NCBI GenBank assembly: GCA_016712475.1
Contig: JADJRA010000001.1
Coordinates: 1,413,414-1,477,413, forward strand
Length of the DNA stretch: 64,000 nt
Direction of reading: 5' to 3'
Source of the DNA: Deltaproteobacteria bacterium
GTDB taxonomy: Bacteria > Myxococcota_A > Polyangia > Nannocystales > Nannocystaceae
A program made the translations under genes and the position numbers. Shown here one piece after another: positions 1 to 9,470 of the stretch; the stretch's first letter is position 1; the number at the start of each line of letters is the position of its first letter. Below the pieces are notes generated by a model, which did no database searches, was not told where the DNA came from, and worked only from the letters and a program-made list of their open reading frames with translations.

Positions 1-3
1 GAG

Positions 4-675
4 GTGTTCGTCAGCGAGTTCCTGCTCGAGGACGCGCCGAGCAAGCGACTGCCGCTGGTCGACGCGGCGACCACGACGTGCACCGACATCGCCGGCGCCT
101 CGGCGCCCACCGGCGTGTTCCACTTCGTACTCGTCTGTGTGAAGTCCAGCGCGAGCACGCTGCTGCAGGCCACCAACCGTAGCGGCGACTGGAAGACCAA
201 CGAGCTGTCGGGGCTCGGCACCGCCATCCTCTCGCCGTCGATGGCACGGGGGGTCGCCGGCGTGCATCTGGTGTGGATCCAGAGCCTGCCGTGCGGCACC
301 GAGACCTGCGCCGAGGTCTTCCACGCCGCGACGAACGACGAGGTGTTCGGCTCACCGGTGCAGGTCACCGACGAGGTCAACCTCGACGAGCGTCGCCCGG
401 CGGTCGGCGTCGACCCGTGGGGTCGCGTGCTGGTGCTGCACCAGGCGTCGGTCGACGGCGTGGTCGGGGTCTATCTCTCGGTGTCCGAGGACGACGGCGC
501 GAGCTTCACCGCGCTCGGTCGCATCAGCCCCAGCGACACCGACGACGACTACCAGAGCCCGACCTCGATCGGCTTCGATGCCGACGGCAACCCGAGCTTC
601 GCGCTCGAGGTGCTCGAGACCGGCAGCGATCCGCTCAACGTCGACGTGCACGTCGCGCGCTTCGTGCCGGGCTGA
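4..675 (+). CDS. C-terminal part of a secreted BNR/Asp-box repeat protein (sialidase-like beta-propeller); 5' end lies outside the window
   Basis: Open frame from the window edge; translation is non-repetitive and contains an Asp-box-like SEDDGASF (S-x-D-x-G-x-S/T-F/W); Asp/Gly/Val-rich beta-propeller-like composition. Confidence 0.5.
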   Translation: MFVSEFLLEDAPSKRLPLVDAATTTCTDIAGASAPTGVFHFVLVCVKSSASTLLQATNRSGDWKTNELSGLGTAILSPSMARGVAGVHLVWIQSLPCGTETCAEVFHAATNDEVFGSPVQVTDEVNLDERRPAVGVDPWGRVLVLHQASVDGVVGVYLSVSEDDGASFTALGRISPSDTDDDYQSPTSIGFDADGNPSFALEVLETGSDPLNVDVHVARFVPG

Positions 676-770
676 GGGCGACACGCGCCGCGCCGTCGCG
701 ATCGCCCCGCGACGAGTCGTGGGACGCCCGTGGGAACCTCGCGCAGGGCCGGGCGAACCATGTTCGCGAC

Positions 771-2285
771 ATGTCCGCGCAGCGCCGTACCCACTCGATC
801 CTGCTGACGGCCCTCGGCCTCGCGCTGGGCGCATGCGACGACGGAGCCGGCCGCGGGCGCGAGCTCGGGCTCGGCCCCGCCGACGACGTCCGCGAGGTCG
901 TCGAGGGCGACTACGGCCCCATCGCGCAGTACCTCGTCGACAACGCCAACACCCCGGTGCCGAGCGGCCAGGGCGAGAGCGGCGGCAGCGATGGCGGTGT
1001 CGATCCGAGCGCGGGCGGCAGCGGCAGCGATGGCGGCGGCGACCCCAGCGGCGGCCTGGGCTGCAGCGGCTTCTCGTGCAACGACGGTCAGTGCATCGAC
1101 GCCAGCTGGCGGTGCGATGCGATCACCGACTGCAGCGGTGGCGAAGACGAGGCCAACTGCGGCAACGATGGCGGCAACGGCAGCGGCGGGGGCGGTGATT
1201 GCTCGGGCTTCGCATGCAACGACGGCAGCTGCATCGACGCGAGCTGGCAGTGCGATGGCTACTCCGACTGCAGCGGCGGCGAGGACGAGAGCGGCTGCGG
1301 CGGCAGCGGAGGCGATCCGTCCGGCGGCGATCCGTCTGGCGGCGATCCGTCCGGCGGCGACAGCTGCGACGGCTTTCGCTGCGACGACGGCCTATGTGTG
1401 GAGTGGTCGTGGGTTTGTGACGGCTACGCCGACTGTGCCGTCAGCGAGGACGAATCGGGCTGCAGCGTCGATGCCGACGCATCGCTCGGCCTGACGCAGC
1501 CGCCGCGCGTGCAAGAAGGCCCCGCGCTCGACTGCATCGCAAAGTGGACCGTCGGCGGCGGCGCGGCCGGAGCAGCGGCGGGCGAGGCCATCTCGAAGGC
1601 CTGCGAAGGCGGCGGCGTCGTGGTCGGGCTCGCCACCGGCGGTGGTGGTTTCGCAGCCGCGACCGTGTGCTTCGCGGGCGACGTCACGCAGATCGACGCG
1701 GTCGTCGGTGGCATCTTCGGCGCGGTCGCGGGCCTGGTCGGCGGCATCGCCAGCTGCGAGGGTGACGCGCTGGCCGAGGCGGGCTCAGCACTGCAGGCGG
1801 TGCTCTCGGTCGGCTCGATCCCGACCTACAAGGTCGAGGCCTCGGGCACCACCGAGACCAAGCGGTGCGGCATCCCGGTCGACGTGCCGCTGTCGGGCGA
1901 TCAGGCCGACTGCGACCAGCGCCACAGCACGATGAAGCAGTTCGAGCAGAACGAGCCCCACAGCTGCGACATCGACATCGGCAACGTCGGCAACGACGCG
2001 GCTTCGATCGCCGCGGCGTGCAGCGAGATCCGCAAGAACTTCGACAATGCCGCCAAGCTCGCCGACCTGCGGCTCGACGTCGGCCGTGCCTGCTATGAGA
2101 ACGGCGACAAGGGCCCAATGGGCAACTCCGACTTCGGCCACCAGTTCGCGTGGTGCTCGGTCCACAAGGCCATGCAGCGCTGCGTCACCCAGGCCAACCA
2201 CGCCAAGCTGAAGTGCGACCTGACGCAGACGATGGCGCAGCACTTCCTGCCCGCCGGCTGCGAGAACGTGCTCGCCTGTCAGTGA
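771..2285 (+). CDS. Lipoprotein with three LDL-receptor class A (LDLa) modules and a Gly/Ala-rich, Cys-containing C-terminal domain
   Basis: ATG at 771 is in frame with the ORF 273..2285; signal peptide plus lipobox MSAQRRTHSILLTALGLALGAC; three repeats CSGF(S/A)CNDG.CID.SW.CD...DCSGGEDE..C match the LDLa consensus including the Ca-binding D/E cluster; the Arg-rich upstream part of the ORF is treated as spurious. Confidence 0.6.
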   Translation: MSAQRRTHSILLTALGLALGACDDGAGRGRELGLGPADDVREVVEGDYGPIAQYLVDNANTPVPSGQGESGGSDGGVDPSAGGSGSDGGGDPSGGLGCSGFSCNDGQCIDASWRCDAITDCSGGEDEANCGNDGGNGSGGGGDCSGFACNDGSCIDASWQCDGYSDCSGGEDESGCGGSGGDPSGGDPSGGDPSGGDSCDGFRCDDGLCVEWSWVCDGYADCAVSEDESGCSVDADASLGLTQPPRVQEGPALDCIAKWTVGGGAAGAAAGEAISKACEGGGVVVGLATGGGGFAAATVCFAGDVTQIDAVVGGIFGAVAGLVGGIASCEGDALAEAGSALQAVLSVGSIPTYKVEASGTTETKRCGIPVDVPLSGDQADCDQRHSTMKQFEQNEPHSCDIDIGNVGNDAASIAAACSEIRKNFDNAAKLADLRLDVGRACYENGDKGPMGNSDFGHQFAWCSVHKAMQRCVTQANHAKLKCDLTQTMAQHFLPAGCENVLACQ

Positions 2286-2337
2286 CGATCGCGCGTGCCC
2301 GATCGATCCGACAGCGTTCGCGCCGATGGCCGCCGCC

Positions 2338-2982
2338 TCAGTCGACGTCGCGGAAGCTGAGCAGCTTGAAGCCACCGCTCGCGGGGTGTTCGATGATGGT
2401 GCCGAGCACCCCGAGGCGCAGCTCCTGTCCGTCGGCATCGCGCACGCGGAGCACGGGCTTCTTGTGGAAGACGAGGCCGTGGTGCGCCTCGGTGGCACGC
2501 ACTTCGACGGCGACGAACTCGAGCGGCTGACCGCCCAGGCGATCGAGCGTCTGTTGCAGGTGGCCGAAGCTCTCGCCGGCATGCATGTCCCACAACAGAT
2601 CGGGGCCCATCGCGAACGCCGATGGATGGCGAGCGATGGCCCCGAACAAGCGGGTCTTGTACTCGCTGGCGTCGATCGCCAGTGCGCTGAGCGCGACGCG
2701 ATCGTTGCTCGCGAGCGCCTGCACGACCGCGCGGCCGAGCGCCTCGGTCGAGGGCTGCGCACCCGCGAAGGGTGCATCGCCGACCTCGGTCTCGGTCTCG
2801 ACCGCGCGCGCGTCCGCGGGTGCGGCCGACGCTGCGACCGCGGGCTTCGCCGCGTTCGCGCGTGGGCTCGCCACGTCCGCCGACGCGACGACGACCGGCG
2901 CCGGGTCGCGCTCTCGTTGCTCGGCCACGCAACCTGCGAAGCACGTCAGCGAGAGCGAGAAGATCCAGCGCCGTCGTCCCAT
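2338..2982 (-). CDS. Hypothetical lipoprotein (214 aa)
   Basis: Internal ATG at 2982 gives MGRRRWIFSLSLTCFAGC (signal peptide plus lipobox) followed by a non-biased sequence; the longer upstream extension of the ORF is Arg/Ser/Thr junk; 19 nt downstream of the preceding minus-strand lipoprotein gene. Confidence 0.55.
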   Translation of the reverse strand: MGRRRWIFSLSLTCFAGCVAEQRERDPAPVVVASADVASPRANAAKPAVAASAAPADARAVETETEVGDAPFAGAQPSTEALGRAVVQALASNDRVALSALAIDASEYKTRLFGAIARHPSAFAMGPDLLWDMHAGESFGHLQQTLDRLGGQPLEFVAVEVRATEAHHGLVFHKKPVLRVRDADGQELRLGVLGTIIEHPASGGFKLLSFRDVD

Positions 2983-3001
2983 CGATTGCGTCCGCGTCGA
3001 C

Positions 3002-4513
3002 TCAGTCGATCGCCCAGTTGATCCAGCCGGCCTGCGTCCAGTCGTCGCCGTTGGGGTCGACGGCACCGACGTAGGTCGTGGCCTCGAGCGAGCCCGGCGT
3101 GACGCCAGCCCCGTCGGCGGGACCGCCGGCGGCGGGCTTGAGGTTCGGCGCCGTCCAGGTCCCGTCGAGCCCGAGGTCGACGTTGTCCTGCACGCCGTCC
3201 TGGCCCAGCAAGAAGTCGGCCCACTCGCCGTCGGTCCACGTGTACGGGCCCGAGCCCTGGTGGCCGAACGCGCCGTGGGTGCCCCACAGCACGCCCTCGT
3301 TGATGATGCCGCCGTCGGCGACATCGAGCGTGGCTTGATCCTGGAAGGTCGCGCCGGGGCCGGTGACGTTGGTGAAGTACGAGTTGTACACCGCCATCGT
3401 CGCGCCCTGCTTGATGTTGTAGCCGATGCTCTTCATCGCATTGCCGCCCTCGCCCTGACCGACGAAGGTGAGGTTCGCGATGGTCGGGCTGGTGAGCGGC
3501 TCGGCGGTGAAGTTGTCGGGGCCGTTCGACCACTCGAGGCCGTGGTTGCCATCGGGCTCGCCCGGATCCTGGTGGACCACGACGTACTGGAACGAACCCG
3601 TGAAGCCCAGGTCGACGTCGAGGGCGTCGTCGGCCATGCCCGAGAGGATCAGGTAGGTGGCATCGAACGCGCCGCCGAAGAATTCCATCGCATCGTCCGA
3701 GCCCATGTGGCTCTGCACGTGGTCGACGGTGGTGTCGGTGCCGCAGGTGTAGAACGTGATGCCGTTCAACTCGTTGTCCATGACGAGCTCGAAGCCGGCC
3801 CACTCGACGCGGACGTACTGCAGCGTGCCGCAGTCGTGCGCAGCGTCGCTGCCACCGTAGGTCGGCGGGTCGGCGAAGCCCTCGGCATCACCGACGCCGT
3901 TGGGCAGGTTGGTGACCGCCGTGCCGAGCAGCACGAGGCCGCCCCAGTCGGCGCGCTGACGCTCGCCCTTGGCCTGCGCCGAGGTCAGCACGATCGGCGC
4001 GTCGGCGGTGCCGGCGGCGTTGATCTGCGCATCGACGTCGATGACGAGCGCGCTGCCGTTGGCGCCGACCACGGTCGTGCCGGGCTCGAGCGTCAGGGTC
4101 GCGCCGCGCACGAAGGTCGCGGTCGTGAGCACCCAGACGGTGTCGCAGGTCAGCGTGGTGTCGGCGGTGATCTCGGCGGCGAGCTCCATGCGGGGCGCGT
4201 TCGGATCGTCGCCGTCGACGCAGCCCGGCGGGGGGCCGGTGTCGGTGTCGGTGTCGGTCGTGTCGACGCTCGTCGTCGTCATCGTCGCGGAGGCCGAGTC
4301 GGTCGCCGAGGCCGAAGCCGAATCGGTCGCCGAAGCGGACGCGCTGGCCGACGCCGAGGCCGAGGCCGAGGCCGAGTCGGTCGCCGAGGCCGAGCCGTCG
4401 GTGGTGTCGGCGCCGGTGTCGTCGGCATTGGTCTCGTTGTCGGTGTCCGACGGGCAGCCAGCCAGCCCCAGGGGGAGGGCGATGGCGACGCAGATCTTGC
4501 TGAGGCGCTGCAT
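3002..4513 (-). CDS. Hypothetical secreted lipoprotein with a D/S/A low-complexity linker and a large Gly/Thr/Asp-rich domain
   Basis: ATG at 4513 gives MQRLSKICVAIALPLGLAGC (lipobox); (DSASAS)n linker encoded around 4290-4390; long non-repetitive C-terminal domain; last gene of the tonB-exbBD-receptor gene string. Confidence 0.6.
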   Translation of the reverse strand: MQRLSKICVAIALPLGLAGCPSDTDNETNADDTGADTTDGSASATDSASASASASASASASATDSASASATDSASATMTTTSVDTTDTDTDTGPPPGCVDGDDPNAPRMELAAEITADTTLTCDTVWVLTTATFVRGATLTLEPGTTVVGANGSALVIDVDAQINAAGTADAPIVLTSAQAKGERQRADWGGLVLLGTAVTNLPNGVGDAEGFADPPTYGGSDAAHDCGTLQYVRVEWAGFELVMDNELNGITFYTCGTDTTVDHVQSHMGSDDAMEFFGGAFDATYLILSGMADDALDVDLGFTGSFQYVVVHQDPGEPDGNHGLEWSNGPDNFTAEPLTSPTIANLTFVGQGEGGNAMKSIGYNIKQGATMAVYNSYFTNVTGPGATFQDQATLDVADGGIINEGVLWGTHGAFGHQGSGPYTWTDGEWADFLLGQDGVQDNVDLGLDGTWTAPNLKPAAGGPADGAGVTPGSLEATTYVGAVDPNGDDWTQAGWINWAID

Positions 4514-4646
4514 GGAAAAGCTCCTGCGGGTGAAGAAGTGGTCCCGCTTCTCGGCCAGCGTTATGGCTGACCGAAGTGACCGTTCGAGTGCACGCAAGCG
4601 AACTCTCTGTCACGAAGCGGCCGAGCGATCGTCACGCCGCGGGGCG

Positions 4647-7600
4647 CTACAGCTCATACGAGATGCCGAACATGATCGTGGCACCCGGATACATGCGGTA
4701 GTTCAGCGCCTTCTGCGGGCCCTGTCGCCACACGATCGGCCAGTTGAGCATGTTGCCGACCTGCAGCAGGCCGGCGAGGTTCTTGTAGATGCGCTGCTTG
4801 CCGACGAAGTCGAGCTGGTGGATCGCCTGCTGGTAGATGTCGGGCAGCTTGTTGCCGCCGACGAACGCGAGGTTGCGGCCGACCATGTTGTAGAGCAGAC
4901 GCAGGCTGGTGCCGCTGCTCTTGTGCTCCCAGTCGAGGTAGGCGTTGGCCACGAACGGCGACTGCCCCTGTAGCGGCCGCACGCGCGAGGTCGAGACGTC
5001 CTTGGCGGCCTCGGGATCGCACAGCGGATCTTCGATCGCGCAGTTGTCGTTCAAACGTACGCGGGAGAACACGTACGCGAAGTTGGCGCCGACCGAGACC
5101 TCGCGCAGCTGCTTGGTGATGAACTCGAGGTTCTTGCGCAGCTCGAGCTCGGCGCCGACGTTGTAGGCATAGCGCGCGTTGCGGAACGAGACGTTGGGAT
5201 TGCTGGCGCCGGCCGACATCGTCCGCTCGATCGGATCGATGAAGTACTTGCCGAACAGCGACACCGCGACGACCTCTTCGGCGCTCGGGAACCACTCCCA
5301 GCGCAGATCGCCGTTCCAGATCTGCGCCGACTTCAGGCTCGGGTTGCCCAGCACCGTGATGCCGCCGGCGAAGTCCGAGAACAGAAATGGCGCCAGCTCG
5401 CGGAACTCGGGTCGCGCGACCGTCTGCGTGGCGCCGATGCGCACGTTCATCTTGTCGGTTGCCGGGAAGATGAACGACAGCGAGGGCAGCACGCTGTTGT
5501 TCTTGATCTTCGACGAGCGCATTGCGTCGGTCTGGCCGGTGAACTGATCGAACGGCTCGACCTTCTGACGGTTGGCCTCGAAGCGCACGCCGCCGGCGAT
5601 GCGGAACCACCGCACGATCGGGAGGTCCAGCATGCCGTAGGTGGCGTAGATCTGCTGCTCCGCACGGTAGCTGTCGTAGGGCTGCGTGGTCTCGGAGAGG
5701 TAGAACGGCTGCTGGCCACCGGCCGCAGGGCTCAGGCCGCCGCCGATGTACTTGTTGATGAGCAGGTTGCCGGTGCCGAGCGGCGCATCGATGCCGTTGA
5801 CGGTCTGGAAGGTGAAGCGTCGCACCGTGAAGGTGCGATCCTTGCCCTCGGCCCACACGCCGATCTTGGCCTTGCCATCGAGCTGTCGCCACTGCTTGAA
5901 CGGCAGCGTGAAGTCGACCGCGCCGCTACCGGTGTGGTCTTTCAGGTTCAAGAACATCACGCTGGCGCCCGACCCCGACAGCCGCCAGTCGCCGGCGCCG
6001 GGATCGGGCTGGTAGACCATGTCGCGGATGCTGGGATCGTCGCGCTGCGCCTGGGCGTAGGAGCCGAACCAGTCGATCGTGAGATCCTTCGCCTTGGGGA
6101 TCACGTGGTGACCACCCAGGCGCGTCAGCAAGATCGAACGCATGACGTAGCGGATGCGTGTGGTCAGCAGGTCGCCGTTCTCGGCCGGGCCGGTCAGCGA
6201 GCGGGCCTCGTTGTCGGCATCGCGCGAGTAGAACGCCAGCGCGCTGAGCTTGTTGTGCTCGTCGACGTCGTACTTGACCATCGCGACGGTCGACCACTGC
6301 GCGTTGGCGACGGTGCGGATGCCGCGGAAGTCGATGCGCGGCGCGGTGAGGTCGTAGTTGCCCGAGCCGGTCGGCTCCTCGACCACCGAGTACCACTTCC
6401 AGTTCTCGCGCAGCGTGCGACGCTGGTTGCGATAGCCGGCCGACACCAGGAAGCCGAGCTTGCTGGTGTTGGTGGGCTTGAAGCCGTAGCCGACCGTCGC
6501 TTGGCCGTTCAGATCCGGCAGCGCGACGCGACCGCGACGCACGCGGGTGTCGGTGTAGAGCGACTCGCCGAAGCGCTCGATCTGCTTCGCGGTCCACACC
6601 GGCTTGAGGTCGTCGCCGAGCGCGTTGCGGTTGGCGGGATGATCGTTGGGAATCGCGTCGGGGAGCCGGCGCGGCAGGTTGCCGAAGCCGAACGCATCGG
6701 GCCCTGGAAATCCGCCCTCGAAGGTGCGATCGCGGAACGTGGTCTGGGTGTTGCCGCCGGTGCGGAGGTTGAGCTCGAACAAGAGCTTGCGCGGGATCTC
6801 GCGGCTCTCGAGCTGCACCGAGCCGCCAGCGAAGTCGCCGGGCCGATCGGGCGTGAAGGTCTTCTGCACGTTGATGGCCGACAGCGCACCCGAGGGCACG
6901 ATGTCGAGTGGCACGGTGCGGATGTCGGGCTCGGGCGAGGGTAGGCGCGCGCCGTCGAAGAGCGTGTTGCCGTAGCGGTGGCCGAGGCCGCGCACGAACA
7001 GGTACTTGCCGTCGAGCACGGTCGCACCGACGATGCGCACCGCCACCGACGCGGTCGAGCCACCGCCCGACTTCGAGATGCTCTCGCGGCTGAGGATGTC
7101 GCGCGTTGCCGCCGACTCGCGCCGCTGCTGCAGCCGCGCGCCCTCGCTCTCCTTGTTCATCTCGGCCTTGACCGCGACGACCATGTTCGCGCCCGCCAGC
7201 TGGGTGAGCTCGCTGTTGATGGTCTCGTCGCTGCCCTTGCTGACGACCACGCCCGAGATGCGGCGCGGCTCGTTGGCGTCGCTGCGGATGCGCAGGTCGT
7301 AGGTGCCCGGCGGGAGCTCGAGCACGTAGTTGCCCTCGAGATCGCTCTTGGTCTTGTACTGGGTGCCGAGCGCCTCGACGTAGGCGCCGATGAGTGGCGC
7401 GCCGGTGGTCGCGTCCTTGAGCTTGCCGCGGATCGTGCCCGCATCGCCCTTGACCTCGACGGTCTTGACCTCGAGCTCCTTCGCGAGCGCTTCCTTGTCC
7501 TCGGTGAGATCGACGACCTCGAAGCCACCGTCCCAGCTCTCCTCCTCGGCGGGCGCGACCGGGCCGGTGGGCTTGGCGGGTGTCGGCGGCGTCTCGGCCG

Positions 7601-7868
7601 GCGGCGGCGTCTCGGCCGGCGGCGGCGTCTCGGCCGGCGGCGGCGTCTCGGCCGGCGGCGGCGTCTCGGCCGGCGGCGGCGTCGGGGCCGCGCCCGGTGG
7701 CGTCGACGGTGGTGTCGACGGCGGCGGCGTGGCGCTCGGTGGCGTCGGCGTCACCGCGCCCGGCCCCTGGTAGTCACGCGACGCCGGCGGCGCGGCGCGT
7801 GCCACCTGCGGAGCTGCGGATAGACCCATCGCGAGCAGGACCCGTTGGACCCGGCGAGACATCGTCAT
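4647..7868 (-). CDS. TonB-dependent outer-membrane receptor, Oar-like, with a CarboxypepD_reg-like N-terminal domain and a (PAETPP)n Pro-rich linker
   Basis: Signal peptide MTMSRRVQRVLLAMGLSAAPQVARA; GTIRGKLKDATTGAPLIGAYVEALG...GNYVLELPPGTYDLRI is a carboxypeptidase-regulatory-like fold; plug and barrel-like sequence of about 1000 aa; sits directly downstream of exbD in the tonB operon. Start taken at the first ATG (7868); the ORF opens at a TTG at 7883. Confidence 0.75.
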   Translation of the reverse strand: MTMSRRVQRVLLAMGLSAAPQVARAAPPASRDYQGPGAVTPTPPSATPPPSTPPSTPPGAAPTPPPAETPPPAETPPPAETPPPAETPPPAETPPTPAKPTGPVAPAEEESWDGGFEVVDLTEDKEALAKELEVKTVEVKGDAGTIRGKLKDATTGAPLIGAYVEALGTQYKTKSDLEGNYVLELPPGTYDLRIRSDANEPRRISGVVVSKGSDETINSELTQLAGANMVVAVKAEMNKESEGARLQQRRESAATRDILSRESISKSGGGSTASVAVRIVGATVLDGKYLFVRGLGHRYGNTLFDGARLPSPEPDIRTVPLDIVPSGALSAINVQKTFTPDRPGDFAGGSVQLESREIPRKLLFELNLRTGGNTQTTFRDRTFEGGFPGPDAFGFGNLPRRLPDAIPNDHPANRNALGDDLKPVWTAKQIERFGESLYTDTRVRRGRVALPDLNGQATVGYGFKPTNTSKLGFLVSAGYRNQRRTLRENWKWYSVVEEPTGSGNYDLTAPRIDFRGIRTVANAQWSTVAMVKYDVDEHNKLSALAFYSRDADNEARSLTGPAENGDLLTTRIRYVMRSILLTRLGGHHVIPKAKDLTIDWFGSYAQAQRDDPSIRDMVYQPDPGAGDWRLSGSGASVMFLNLKDHTGSGAVDFTLPFKQWRQLDGKAKIGVWAEGKDRTFTVRRFTFQTVNGIDAPLGTGNLLINKYIGGGLSPAAGGQQPFYLSETTQPYDSYRAEQQIYATYGMLDLPIVRWFRIAGGVRFEANRQKVEPFDQFTGQTDAMRSSKIKNNSVLPSLSFIFPATDKMNVRIGATQTVARPEFRELAPFLFSDFAGGITVLGNPSLKSAQIWNGDLRWEWFPSAEEVVAVSLFGKYFIDPIERTMSAGASNPNVSFRNARYAYNVGAELELRKNLEFITKQLREVSVGANFAYVFSRVRLNDNCAIEDPLCDPEAAKDVSTSRVRPLQGQSPFVANAYLDWEHKSSGTSLRLLYNMVGRNLAFVGGNKLPDIYQQAIHQLDFVGKQRIYKNLAGLLQVGNMLNWPIVWRQGPQKALNYRMYPGATIMFGISYEL
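7596..7690. repeat. 18-bp tandem repeat (about 5 copies of ggcggcggcgtctcggcc) encoding a (PAETPP)n linker inside the TonB-dependent receptor gene
   Basis: Direct reading of the sequence at 7590-7690; translated repeat PAETPPPAETPP... visible in the receptor ORF. Confidence 0.7.
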
Positions 7869-7903
7869 GTTGGCCTTCTGCAAGCGCGAGTGGATCGCGA
7901 TCG

Positions 7904-8332
7904 CTACTCGAGCTTCTTGGTGATCATCACCACCGGCGACGCAGCTCCACTGCGCGCCAGATCGACGGCACCGAGCACGGCGCCGTAGGGCGCCTCGTCG
8001 TCACCGTCGAGGTAGAGCACGTTGTCGGGGCGCGCATTGAACATGCGGCGCAGACGCTCCGGCAGCTCCTCGCGCGCGAGCGCGACGGTGTTCACCTCGA
8101 GCGAGCCATCGGCGAGCACGCTCAGCACCAGCGGCTTGTCGGCGTCGTTGACCTGATCGAGCTGCTCGTCGGTGTCGTCCTTGGGCGGCAGCCGCACGTT
8201 GAACGCCTCGGTCATCACCGGCGCCAGCGTCATGAAGATGATGAGCAACACCAACACCACGTCGACCAGTGGCGTGACGTTCATGTCGGGGCGGACCTTG
8301 GCCTTGAAGCCGGTGCCGATGCTCATGCCCAT
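7904..8332 (-). CDS. exbD: Biopolymer transport protein ExbD/TolR (second copy)
   Basis: 142 aa; N-terminal motif NVTPLVDVVLVLLIIFM (single TM helix) then a periplasmic domain; ATG at 8332. Confidence 0.8.
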   Translation of the reverse strand: MGMSIGTGFKAKVRPDMNVTPLVDVVLVLLIIFMTLAPVMTEAFNVRLPPKDDTDEQLDQVNDADKPLVLSVLADGSLEVNTVALAREELPERLRRMFNARPDNVLYLDGDDEAPYGAVLGAVDLARSGAASPVVMITKKLE

Positions 8333-8336
8333 GGTG

Positions 8337-8780
8337 CTAGCTCTCCTCCGACGACCACTCGCGACCCACGCCGACCGCCAGCGAGACCCCGGCGAAGCCG
8401 ATCTGCTGGGCCTCGTGGAAGTAGCCGCGCATCACTCGATACGGCAGCGTGGCGTCGCCGCGCAGCAACACGCGACGCCTTGGATTCTCCGACCAAGCCT
8501 GCCGCAGCGCGGCCATGCACTGGTCCTTGCTCATGTCGACCTTCTCGTAGGTGCAGACCTCGGCGCGATCGACCGTGAGCGTGATGGGCTCGTTCTCGGT
8601 GTCGACCTTGTCGGCCGCGGTCACCTTCAACAGCTCGATGGTCTTGCCATCCTGCATGTTGGGGATGACCACCATGAAGATGATGAGCAGCACCAACACC
8701 ACGTCGACCAACGGCGTGACGTTGATGTTGGGGGCGATGCCGCGCTTGCGGCCGCCACCAGCGTCAAGCTGAACGCCCAC
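8337..8780 (-). CDS. exbD: Biopolymer transport protein ExbD/TolR (first copy)
   Basis: 147 aa; NINVTPLVDVVLVLLIIFMVV motif; start appears to be GTG at 8780, overlapping the exbB 3' end by 17 nt. Confidence 0.75.
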   Translation of the reverse strand: MGVQLDAGGGRKRGIAPNINVTPLVDVVLVLLIIFMVVIPNMQDGKTIELLKVTAADKVDTENEPITLTVDRAEVCTYEKVDMSKDQCMAALRQAWSENPRRRVLLRGDATLPYRVMRGYFHEAQQIGFAGVSLAVGVGREWSSEES

Positions 8781-9438
8781 CGGCGCCCTCCAAGTAGTCC
8801 ACCAGCTCGCTGGCGGCGTGCTGCATGGTCATGTCGAACTTGTCGAAGCGCGCGGTGAGGTAGTTGAAGACCAACACCGCACCGATGGCGACCACGAGGC
8901 CCACCGCGGTCACGATGAGCGCCTCGGCGATACCGGCCGAGACCGCACCGATGCCACCACCACCCGAGGCAGCGATGCCCTGGAAGGCGGTGATGATGCC
9001 GATGACGGTGCCGAACAGGCCGATGAACGGCGCGGTCGAGCCGGTCGACGCGAGGATGCCCATGCCACGGCGGGCCTCGGCGGCGAGCTGCTCGAGGCGA
9101 CGCGCGAGCTCGCGACGCGACATCTCGACCGCACCCACGGCCTCGTCCTTGCGGTTGGCCTTGAAGCTCTCGAGGCCGAAGCGGATGAGCCGCGGCAGCG
9201 GTGCCTTGGCGTACTCGGCCCCGCGCGCCAGATCGAGCAACGTGTCGACGTCGCGATCCTCGAGCAGCGGCCGCGCCTTGGCGGCGAACGCCGACGACAG
9301 CGCGGTCGCGCGACGCAGCACCATGATGCGCTCGATGGCGACCACGAGGCTCGCGAAGCCCATCCCGACCAGCGAGATGGCGACGAGGCGGGCCATGAGG
9401 CCCATGGATTCCCAGATTTCGACGAGTGACAGCTCCAT
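8764..9438 (-). CDS. exbB: MotA/TolQ/ExbB proton-channel protein
   Basis: 224 aa; three TM segments; conserved C-terminal GLFGTVIGIITAF...AEALIVTAVGLVVAI signature of ExbB/TolQ; ATG at 9438. Confidence 0.8.
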   Translation of the reverse strand: MELSLVEIWESMGLMARLVAISLVGMGFASLVVAIERIMVLRRATALSSAFAAKARPLLEDRDVDTLLDLARGAEYAKAPLPRLIRFGLESFKANRKDEAVGAVEMSRRELARRLEQLAAEARRGMGILASTGSTAPFIGLFGTVIGIITAFQGIAASGGGGIGAVSAGIAEALIVTAVGLVVAIGAVLVFNYLTARFDKFDMTMQHAASELVDYLEGAGGRSA

Positions 9439-9470
9439 GACGATGACTCCTGGCGGACCGAAGCGGGCGT

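Noticed and set aside
273-770. 5' extension of ORF 273..2285 (MDPEPAVRHRDLRRGLPRR...) that would make the LDLa lipoprotein 670 aa
   Set aside because: Arg/Gly/Pro-rich low-complexity translation typical of an off-frame GC-rich read-through; the internal ATG at 771 gives a proper signal peptide plus lipobox
2585-4570. 661-aa plus-strand ORF (plus 2326..3021, 2946..3803, 3888..4613 and others)
   Set aside because: Antisense or overlapping frames of the two lipoprotein genes; compositions dominated by Arg/Ala/Gly/Val with no motifs
4654-7823. Multiple 100-400 aa ORFs on both strands inside the TonB-dependent receptor gene (4654..5892, 5934..6944, 6978..7823 and others)
   Set aside because: Alternative frames of a long GC-rich gene; Arg-rich junk translations
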